A DNA stretch of 64,000 bases, taken from assembly GCA_040905385.1 (NCBI GenBank), contig JBBDRP010000002.1, forward strand, positions 226,292 through 290,291, given 5' to 3'. This DNA is from Minisyncoccota bacterium (GTDB taxonomy: Bacteria > Patescibacteriota > Minisyncoccia > Phycocordibacterales > SW-6-46-9). Every line of letters begins with the position of its first letter. Position 1 is the stretch's first letter. Below, piece by piece: positions 1-11,100 of the stretch. The notes beneath the pieces were generated by a model. That model ran no database searches. It was given only the letters and a program-made list of their open reading frames with translations, and was not told the DNA's origin. The position numbers were made by a program, and so were the translations under genes.

Positions 1-1
1 G

Positions 2-1351
2 TTCTGTGACTCCGCTAATGATCCAGATGAGTCGCGACCAAACATGAATGTCTGTCCGGTGTGTATGGGGCACCCGGGCACGCTGCCGGTGATTAATAAA
101 GAAGCTGTTCGACAGGTTCTCCGAGTCGGTACGGCGGTCGGTGGAGAGGTAGCCGACTACACCGAGTTTGATCGTAAGAATTACTACTACCCAGATTTAC
201 CAAAAGGGTACCAGATTAGCCAGTATGAGTATCCGTTGATATCTGGTGGAGATCTGGCCGGTGTAGAACTTACACGCATTCATCTCGAAGAGGATACAGG
301 AACCAATATTCATAAGGATGGTCACAGTGTTGTTAATTATAATCGCGCCGGAATTCCACTGATGGAGCTGGTGACTGAACCGGTAATTCATACGGCTGAG
401 GATGCCAAGCAGTTTGCAAAAGAGCTACAACTGCTGCTGCGTACACTCGGTGCGAGTGAAGCTAATCTAGAGAAAGGGGAGATGCGGATTGAGGCAAATA
501 TATCGGTTGCTCCAGAAGGAGCAGACGAGCTGGGTACGAAGGTAGAGGTCAAGAACCTCAACTCATTCCAGGTGGTGTACGACGCAATTGAGTATGAAAT
601 AAAGCGCCAAAGTGAGGCTTTAGATAGCGATGAGGAGCTGGTACAGGAGACTCGTGGCTGGGACGAGAATACAGGGAAGACGGTATCTCAGCGCGTAAAG
701 GAGAGCTCGGATGACTATCGCTACTTTCCAGATCCAGATCTGCCGAAGCTTGTACTCAGTGATATTCCTGAATTCTCTGAGGAGAAAATTTCTGATTCGC
801 TACCTGAGCTTCCTGATACAATTCGCGCACGTCTAGCCGAAAAAGGAGTTGGAGATGATGATATTGATACGCTGCTCCAACGGTCTGATCTGCGCGAGCT
901 TTTTGATACAACTGTTGACAGGACAGGCGATGACGACGAGAAGATTCGACTGGCCGTCAACTACATCACGTCAGATCTAATCGGTCTGGAGCGAGAGCAT
1001 AACGGACAGCAGGAGATAATGTCAGAGAATTTTGCTCACCTGATTGAGATGATTGCTGATGACGATCTGTCTTCACGTGGAGGAAAGGATACGCTGGCAA
1101 TCATGTTTGCTGATGGCGGTGATCCAGATGAGATTGCCAAGAAGCAAGGGCTCCTGCAAAAAAGCAGTAAGGAGGATTTACAGCCGGTCGTTGATGAGAT
1201 TATCACCGAAAACAAATCAGTGGCGGAAGATTATCGATCAGGAGACGAGTCTGTCATTCAGTTTATGATCGGACAAGGGATGAAGAAGACGGGTGGATCA
1301 GCAAATCCGCAGGTCCTGAAACAGCTGTTGGAAGAGACCTTGAAGCAGTAG
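2..1351 (+). CDS. gatB: Asp/Glu-tRNA amidotransferase subunit B, 5'-truncated by window edge
   Basis: Frame open from nt 2 (FCDSAND...); motifs CPVCMGHPGTLP, FDRKNYYYPDLPKGYQISQ, RIHLEED, NRAGIPLMELVTEP, YRYFPDPDLP, C-terminal Yqey-like GGSANP. Confidence 0.97.
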   Translation, partial: FCDSANDPDESRPNMNVCPVCMGHPGTLPVINKEAVRQVLRVGTAVGGEVADYTEFDRKNYYYPDLPKGYQISQYEYPLISGGDLAGVELTRIHLEEDTGTNIHKDGHSVVNYNRAGIPLMELVTEPVIHTAEDAKQFAKELQLLLRTLGASEANLEKGEMRIEANISVAPEGADELGTKVEVKNLNSFQVVYDAIEYEIKRQSEALDSDEELVQETRGWDENTGKTVSQRVKESSDDYRYFPDPDLPKLVLSDIPEFSEEKISDSLPELPDTIRARLAEKGVGDDDIDTLLQRSDLRELFDTTVDRTGDDDEKIRLAVNYITSDLIGLEREHNGQQEIMSENFAHLIEMIADDDLSSRGGKDTLAIMFADGGDPDEIAKKQGLLQKSSKEDLQPVVDEIITENKSVAEDYRSGDESVIQFMIGQGMKKTGGSANPQVLKQLLEETLKQ

Positions 1352-1414
1352 CGGTAGGTAATGCGGTAGCTAATAAAGCCCTTTTAGATAGGCATATTAT
1401 ATGAACTGGTAGCT

Positions 1415-1446
1415 AAATGACTTCTCGTTAAAGCGGGGGTCATTTT
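1415..1446 (+). terminator. Probable intrinsic terminator after gatB
   Basis: Hairpin aaatgacttctcgtt-aa-agcgggggtcattt followed by T-rich sequence. Confidence 0.5.
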
Positions 1447-2155
1447 GCTTATTATTACAACCTCTAGGAAGATAAGAATATTCGTAAATTCAGAATGTTC
1501 GATCTTTCAGTTACTCTCTAGAATAAAGGTTAGTAAATCCTACTCATGAATTCTGTATAGCGATTAGATAGTGGAGGATAGTAAAAATTAGTTAAATTTT
1601 GGAAAAATAATAAAATCACTGGAGAATAATCTAAAATTTAATCTGGTATCAGCATTATTCGTATAATAAATGTTTAAAATTGCCAAAAATAAAAAATGAG
1701 TATGAATGTGAAATATCTAAATTATAATTATTTTTCTACGTAATTCTTTAAAATATTTACTGCCATAAAATGGTAAATTAACCTACCAAATACATCATAT
1801 TTACCTACCAATGAGCCTTATCTGGGCCATCGACATCAGCTGTCTGCTTACCGGGATTCAAGTATGAGGTTATTTCCTCTAAATTTCATCACTCGGTAAT
1901 GTCAATCTATTAACCCTTACATTCATAATTGGTAGGTACCTTATTTAAGTTGTTTTCGGATATTTTAATTACGGTAGGTATCTAGCTATCGCCTGAGAAA
2001 CATCTATCCTAGAACACTGTAAAATACCCCTCATATCGGCATGACGTGGTGAGTTTTGATTCAAATAATAGGTCTATTACTAGTCATATCGTGTCTCGTT
2101 TGTCCGAGAATCATGTGGATAAGATCGGGCTCAAATATTGTACTATGAATGGCAC

Positions 2156-5100
2156 ATGGACGATCAACTGAATTTTGAAAATCAAACCCTTATCACCACG
2201 AACCTGGCGGCAGAGTTGACCGGGTACTCCTCAGACTACATTGGTCAGCTGGCTCGTGATGGTGGTGTTGCCTCGAAGAAAATTGCTGGTCGACGTTTTG
2301 TTGATCGCGATGAGCTGATTGCATATGCTGATGAGAATAAGAAAAGTTTTTCAATTGCTCAATTGCCTGCAGAGCATCGTCCTATATCTGACGAACCAGA
2401 ACCTGTCGAGTCATCGGCAGAGTCAAGCTCTGCACCGGAGGAAACAATAGCGACTGATGAGCAAGCGGACAACGTTGATCAGTCTGTTCCGGAAACTCCT
2501 GCGCCTGATAGTCTGAAAACGCTAGACGATGAGAATTCTGGACTGACCGTCTCTACCGATGAGATCTCTCAAAATAGAGCGTCATCACGATGGCGACTGA
2601 CGCGTGATAAGCACCGCTCGGGTGGTGGCGAGGTTGCGAAGACCTCGGTTTCTCGTTTGCCAGCGATTGCTATGTCACTGATGCTCGTTGCTTCAATTGG
2701 GATTATGTCCTTTGGCATGATTGGTTCGGGCTCTGCATCTGACGCTGGCCAGCATCGAACCTCGGACGATACTCAGTCGGTTGACCAAATAGCTGCATCA
2801 GTCGAGGCTGGATTGCTCGATACATCGGTTCGTTCAGCTGATGCTAAAGAGAAAAGCATTCTAACCTCATCGGTTGACGCGATGTCCTACTCGGTCAAGC
2901 TAGCAGCTGCCGCAGCCGGCACATCACTGAACACGTACGTTTTCCGTCCAGTCCGTAATCTTCTTTCCGATACAATCTACACCGGACTGGCCGGAATACT
3001 GAGGTTTGGTGAAGTCTTCCTCCCTGACTACTTTGGTGATTACTCAGCCGAGTTTGTGCTGAATGATGACGGTGATATTGAGATTGATCGTCAGCGAGCT
3101 GATGAGCAGATGGTGGCAATTACTCGTATCCAGAATCGAAGTCTCAGTGATCGGGTAATCATTACCGCTCTTACGCAGTTGACTGGAGTGACGGCACAGC
3201 TGGCCGAACGTATCGAGGATCCTGAAGCGACTGGTGGTGTCGCCTCACGTGATTTTGTACGTGACCGTATTGATCAGTTGCGGGACATTATGCATGGCAA
3301 CCTAGACTCCTTAATGGATGCTGTTGAGTACGATCACCCGAATGATATCGAGTTGACGACGGCGGATATTGGTACGACCACTTCCGGGGTTCTTGAGGTT
3401 ACCGGACAGACAACATTATCGCAGACACTCATAAACGGTCCGCTTTCGGTAATTGCACCAAACAGCACAAGTTCTAATACGTTGTTTGTGGATACAGCCA
3501 GTGGTCGTGTCGGTATTAATACTGATACACCGCAGTACACGTTGGATGTGAACGGCACCTTTAGAGCTGATTCATTTATCTCTAACTCCACCACTACGGC
3601 GGTTAACTTTACGGCCTCTTCGACTGACACGAATACTCTAACAGCCGACACTGCTACCATCACTGTTCTAACTGTTGGTGATCTTACCGCCACCAGCTCG
3701 GCTGATCTAGCCACGACAACCATTACAGATTTGTCGGCCTCTTCGACCGACACAGATTCGTTGACTGCTGATGATGTAGTAATTACTAATTCCACGACCA
3801 CTAATTCATACATTCAGCAGCTACTTGCTGATAATTCTACGACTACGAATGCGTACGTGACTTCTTTGGTAGCATCATCATCTAACCTCACCAGTGCCCA
3901 GATCGAGGATCTGATTGCCACCAACTCGACAACGACTAATTCTTACATTCAGAATCTCTTGAACGATAATACCACCACAACCAACGCCTACATCACCAAC
4001 CTGATTGCGGAGGACATCACAGTCACTAATGCAACAACGACTAATTCTTACATCCAGCAATTACTAGCCGATAATTCTACGACTACGAATGCGTACGTTA
4101 CCTCACTAGTGGCATCATCATCTGATCTCACCAGTGCCCAGATTGAGGACTTAATCGCGACGAACTCCACTACAACCAACGCCTACATCCAGAAACTTTT
4201 GGTTGATAACTCAACCACTACGAACGCCTTTATTACCTCTCTGGTAGCGGATAACCTGACGGCAACTAGCGGCACCATCACAAATCTCGTAGCTACAGAT
4301 TCGACCACAACCAATGCCTACATCACGAATCTGCTGGCTGACAATTCGACTTCGTCGAATCTTTATTCATCTTCGCTCATTGCAGGCAGTGGAGACATCA
4401 CTGACTTCACCGCTGAGAACGCAACGATTACAAACGCCACCACCACCAACTTCTTTGCGACCCTGGCCAACTTCACCACCGCCTTCTTTGATAACCTCAC
4501 GGCCACCATCGCCGACATTACTAATCTAGAGGTGGACAATGCAACAACGACGAACTTGGTGGCAGTACAGTCCACCACAACCGACGCGTATATTCAGAAT
4601 CTTCTGGCTGACCAGTCGACAACCACAAACTTGACCGTTACAGGCGACACCATACTCGGCAACACAGCATTGGATACGTTGACGGTTAATGCCACTGTTG
4701 AGACCGACCTGGTGCCAAACTCTAACGCTACACTGAATCTCGGTTCTCCATCCTTCTACTGGAACATTGCGTATCTGGATACGATTAATGCCAACAACAT
4801 ATCTGCGGCCTCGACCTCTATCTCTGGAACGCAGGCAGAAAGCTTTACGCTTAATACTGATAATAGTACGCAGGATGGTGAAGATTCAGAGCTAATTTTC
4901 TACCGCGGTCAGGTAACACCGAATGCGGTGATTCAATGGGATTCGGTAGCAGATCGCTTTGATTTCAATCAGTCTCTATATATAAACAATGAATCAGCGT
5001 CGACAACCAATCCGACCTTGGTGGCTGAAGGGGTGATTGGGCAGACGGCTGATCTTTTCCAGCTGGCTTCATCGTCTGGCGACACACTTTTCTCGGTTGG

Positions 5101-8100
5101 GGCGGATGGGTCTGTTGATCTAATTTCGGCTTCAGCTACTGACTTTACTGCTACCAACGCCACTACGACGAACTTCTTCGCAAGCCTCGCCAACTTCACC
5201 ACTGCCTTCTTTGATAACCTCACGGCCACCATCGCGAGTATTACAAACCTCGAGGTCGACAACGCCACGACTACCAACCTAGTTGCCACAGACGCTACGA
5301 CAACTAACCTAACGGCTAGTGGACAGACCGATCTGGCCACAACAAGTGTGACTGGTAATCTGGATGTGAATTCTGGTAGTTTGAGAATAAGCGATTCAGG
5401 ACGCGCTGGGTTTGAGATAGAAAATACTGGCGCGTCATTTACTAATTCATTTATCACTGGAGGAATCGGTAATCCAAAGTTGTTTGCTAACTGGACGTTG
5501 GATGATGAACCAAGCGATGACACAAAGCCAACCTGGGGAACCAAGCTTGCTATCGATCAAGATAGGTTTGAGATTATTCGACTACCGGCCGGAATTGGTG
5601 GTGATTCTGGAACCGGACAGTTGATGGTTGTTGACGCTGCAGGTCAAGTTGGCATTGGTACCTCAACTCCAATCGTTTCTTTAGATATTAATCACACCGA
5701 TGCAGTGCGGCTGCCGGTGGGTACCTCTGCTCAGCGACCAAGTGGTGAGTCAGGATACATCCGCTATAACAGCGATACTGCTCAGTTTGAAGGTTTTTAT
5801 GCTGGAGCGTGGCAGGGCCTGGGTGGTGTCATTGATGTCGACCAGGACACCTACATCACCGCCGAGGAAAGTACCGACGATGATCACCTGCGCTTCTACA
5901 CGGCTGGATCTGAGCAGATGACCATTACTGCTGCGGGTGATGTTGGAATCGGAACAGATAACCCAGCCGAGCGGCTTGAGGTGGCTGGCAGTGGTGGTAC
6001 TCGATTCCTGGTGTCTGATGACACTGGTTACGCCGCTTTCCGATTGGATGCTGCCAGTGGTGAGACGTCGGCCCTTGACTTTGCTCAGGCCGGAACTAAC
6101 ATCTGGGGCTTGGGTATGAAGCAGCAGTCTGGCAATGATGACTTCTGGATCTGGGATGCTCCGTCCGGAGACACACCACGATTTGTTATCGATGCCGTGA
6201 GTGGTGATGTTGGTATCGGCACCACGTCACCAGCCAACACTCTGGATGTAGACGGTGGTATTGATGCCGACACGCTTAATACTGGGCAGGGAGACAACGA
6301 ACTGTACGCGATGGATCAGGATGTTCAGATGACAGATGACGTTACGTTCGCATCGGTAGATACCGCCACCATTACAACCGACAGTTTCTCAGCTACCTCC
6401 GCAGACTTTGTTGACCTGACGGCTGATAACGCCACTACAACCAACTTCTTTGCCTCACTCGCCAACTTCACAACGGCAATCTTTGATAACCTCACGGCCA
6501 CCATCGCCACGATTACGAACCTAGAGGTGGACAATGCAACGACCACGAACCTGGTAGCAACTGATGCAACAACTACCAACCTGACCGCTACTGGACAGAC
6601 GGACTTGGCAACGACGACCGTTACCGGTGATTTCACGGTTAATACAGATAATCTGTATGTAGATGAATCAACTGGCGTTGTCGGGATAGGTATCAATAGC
6701 CCGTCTAGCTATAGCGATAATGTGCTTGATCTTGGTGGTGGTCTAGCATTTGATGGTCAGACAATGTTTAGAAGGTTGGGAAATGATTTTGAGATTGGTG
6801 ACATGCACTCTGGGGATGGTAATATTCATAATCTTTACTTCTTTACTAACGGTAATAGTAATACCGATTTGTCTATTATTGAAAGCGGTAACATTGGTAT
6901 CGCAACACGTACACCGGCTGTATCGTTGGATATAAATGCCACCGATGCAGTGCGGCTGCCGGTTGGTACCTCAGCAGAGCGCCCAAGCGGTGAGGCTGGA
7001 TTCATTCGCTACAACAGCGAAAACAGTCAATTCGAAGGTTTCTATGCCGGGGCGTGGCAGGGCTTAGGCGGTGTCATTGATGTCGACCAGGACACCTACA
7101 TTACCGCCGAGGAAAGCTCGGATGAAGATTACCTGCGCTTCTATACGGCTGGCTCTGAGCGGATGACGGTGACTAATACGGGTGAAGTAGGTATTGGTAC
7201 TACCAGTCCAGAAAATATTTTATCTATAGATACTTCAAATACGAATGATGACGGAATCAGTTTATATGAAAATGGGAATCCGCTTGCTTTTATTGGAGAT
7301 TCATCAGCTTCATTTTCCACAGGGGTCTTGAGGTTGTATTACGAGAATTCTGAAAGAGTTAGAATCAATTCTTCCGGAGATAGTTACTTTAACGGTGGAG
7401 ATATTGGAATTGGCGTTTCAAGTCCAGATGAGTTATTACACGTAGACGGAGATTCAGCAGAGTCTTACATTAAGGTGAGTACTGCATCAGGAGATAAGGC
7501 TGGTATTAAATTTATTGAAGGTTCATCAGATTTATGGACCCTTTATCACGAAAATACCAGTAACTCCTTTAGTGTAAATGAAGATGGAACAGATTATCTG
7601 AGGATAATAAGTGGCGGTAACGTTGGCATCGGTACCACCTCGCCCGCTACAACCCTTGACGTCGCTGGTACCACCACAGCCCAGGCCTTCTCCGTCGGCG
7701 GTGACACCATCAATGACTTCACCGGCCAAGGCTTGAGTGTGGCCAATAACATTTTGAACCTTGATGATGTAGAGACACTCGGCACCTCACTCACCGCCGG
7801 ATCCGTTGTCTTTAGTGATGGCTCAAGCCTGACCGAAGACAATACCAACTTCTTCTGGGATGATGCAAATGACAGGTTGGGAATTGGGACAAATAGTCCA
7901 ACGAGCCCACTTCATATTATTGATTCTGGATTTACACTTGCTGAATTTACTCGTGATTCTACAGCTGGGGCAGGATTTACTCTTAGTAATAATACTGACA
8001 GTATCAACTTTGGACTTGGAGCTGGCGGAGAATTTTTTGCTGGTATTTCTGGTGGTACTGATAATTTCTTTGCAGCAAGTTCAACTACTTTTCAGGTTGG

Positions 8101-11100
8101 CTCTAATTCACGGATTGGATTTACGAGTGGTACAAGCCCAACAGAAAGTAATGTAGACACCAGTCTTTTCCGTAACGCTGCAAATGTATTACGGACCAAC
8201 GATTCATTTATTGTTGATGGAAGTATCGGTATTGGCACGACATCACCAGCTTCCGAGCTTGATGTTTGGGGTGACTTCCGCGCTGGTACCAGCTCGACGC
8301 CGACGTTATTTTCAGATGCATCGACCGGGCGAGTTGGAATTGGAACGTCGAGTCCGGACCATAAACTCACTATTCGCGAAGATACCCCCAACTCTACTTT
8401 TGGTCTACACCTCGACGGTGCAGGTTCCGCCGAACCCACTATTTCCTTTGAAGAGAATGGTGAGGGTGAGAATTTCTTCCTCCGGTATAGTGGGCCTGAT
8501 AACAAATTTTATCTGGGGCGGGGAGTAATACCTGGTTTCTTCAGTCAAGAAGCTATAAGAATGACTATTGAGCGGAATAGCGGTAGAGTCGGAATCGGGA
8601 CGACGAATCCAGCTAGTACTCTTGACGTGGCCGGTACCACCACCGCGCAGGCTTTCTCGGTCGGTGGTGATATCATTAATGACTTTACTGGCACTGGCCT
8701 GAGTGTGGCCGCTAATGTGCTGAACGTTACGCTGAGTCCGTTTAGTACTGATGACCTCTCTGAAGGATCAAATCTGTACTTCACCGATCAGCGAGCGCGC
8801 GATGTCTTTTCTACCGATGCGACGGGACTTACCTACAGCGCGGCTTCGGGAGTACTGAGTCTCACCACCGGTTACAACATTCCACTGACAGCCAGCACCA
8901 CTGACTGGCAGAGCTTTTACGAGACACCGAGTACCCGCATTACCGCCGGTACTGGTCTGAGCTGGAGTGCCAACACGTTGAATACGAATGATATCGAGAC
9001 GCTGACCACCTCCTTCACCGCCGGATCCATCATCTTTAGCGATGGCACCAACCTCGCCCAGGACAATGCCAACTTCTTCTGGGATGATACGAATAATCGA
9101 CTCGGAATTGGGACTACTACACCATCCGCAATTCTGGAAATAGTGGGGGGTGGATCAACGCCGTACCTGCGTATCGGCTCCGGCGGTGGCGGTGCCTACG
9201 CCTTTGAGGTAGATGAGAATGACAAGGTGAGCGTCGGTACCGGCAATGACGATATCTACTTTAATACCTCGGGTGATACGCAGGTGGGTGTAGGAACCTC
9301 TTCGCCAATCTCTGACTTTACCGTTGTGGGTGATTCATACTTCCAGGGCGATGTCGAGGTTACTGGTACGACCAGCGTCGCTAGGTTCAGCGTCGCCACC
9401 GATACCATCACGGACATTACTGGTGACGGTTTGTCGGTGGTTTCGCAGGGCGGTGGAGGACTTGGGCTGACGGTGGATGATATAGAGACACTTTCAACCG
9501 GGCTTAGTGCCGGCTCTATCGTCTTTAGTGATGGCTTATTTCTAACAGAGGATAGCGACAACTTCTTCTGGGATGATGCTAGTAATCGACTCGGTATTGG
9601 GACTAGCAGTCCAAGCGAAACGCTTCAGGTTGCAGGAACCGCTTGGCTTCGCGGCTCAGGGACAACTAACGGATTACTTGTAAACTCAAGCGGAAACGTC
9701 GGCATCGGCACATTATCACCTACCACTACTTTGGAGGTCGCCGGCACCACGACCGCCCAGGCCTTCTCTGTCGGTGGCGATACCATCAATGATTTCACCG
9801 GCCAGGGGCTTTCGGTAGCTAACAATATTCTAAATCTTGATGATGTCGAGACCTTTAGTACCTCACTCTTGGCGGGCTCTGTCGTCTTCTCTGACGGATC
9901 AACATTGACCGAGGACAACGCCAACTTCTTCTGGGACGATGCGAACAATCGGCTGGGAATTGGTACCACCTCGCCAGCTTCCAAGCTGGATGTGTGGGGT
10001 GACTTCCGAGCTGGTACCAGTACGACACCGACGCTGTTTGCTGATACAGCGGCCAATCGAGTAGGGATTGGAACGGTGAGTCCGAGCCATAAACTCACTA
10101 TTCGCGAGGATGCCTCGAACGCTACTTTCGGTATGCACCTCGAAGGCGCAGGTTCTGCCGAACCTACTATTTCTTTTGAAGAGCAGGATGAGGGTGAGAA
10201 TTTTTTCCTCCGGTATAGTGGGGCTGATAATAACTTTTATCTGGGGCGGGGAGTCATACCTGGTTTTGCTAGTCAAGAAGCTATAAGAATGACTATTGAG
10301 CGGGACAGCGACAGAGTCGGTATAGGGACGACGAATCCAGCTAGTACTCTTGACGTGGCCGGAGATATCACCTCTAGCGGCGTTCTGGACATAAATGGTA
10401 CGGGGACCTCGACCTTTGAAGGTGGTATCGATATCGCTGGTTCGATTCTGCCGCGGTCCGACGCTGCCTACGACCTTGGATCTGCCAGCCTACAATGGCG
10501 CGATGTCTACATCAGTTCTGGATCCCTGTACATCGGTGGTCAGAAGGTGCTGGAAGAGGACGCGGATGGAGACATTAATATAACCGCTGACCCAGACCAG
10601 AATCTTAAGCTAACTGCGACCGGTACTGGTAGCGTACAGCTTGGTGCTACTGGCAGCGGAAGCACAAATGTGATAAGCGGAAACTTTGGTATCGGTATCG
10701 GCACCACATCACCTGCCACCACACTTGAGGTTGGTGGCACCGCAACCGTGAATGCGCTGGCGGTTGGTGGGGATACCATCAGTGACTTCACCGGTACAGG
10801 ACTGTCCGTAGCCAGCAATGTGCTGAACGTCTCTTTGGCGTCATTTAGCACAACAGACCTCGCTGAAGGCACAAATCTCTACTTCACCAATGAAAGAGCC
10901 GAGGATGCGGCCGGCGGCATGTTCTCCGGCAATACCGAGACGCTTATTACTGCCACGTATGAGGATGGAGACGGTACGGTTGATCTGGTAGTGGATAACA
11001 ACCTTGCCAACTACTCGAATGCCACCTCACTCTTCCTTGACGGTGTAACCGCTACTGGACTAGAGAAGTCAGGAACTGATGTGGCGCTTACCACCGGCTA

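Noticed and set aside
1550-2122. Replication origin (AT-rich tract plus DnaA box at 2114-2122)
   Set aside because: Only one perfect box, no dnaA or dnaN nearby, and another isolated box occurs at 50007
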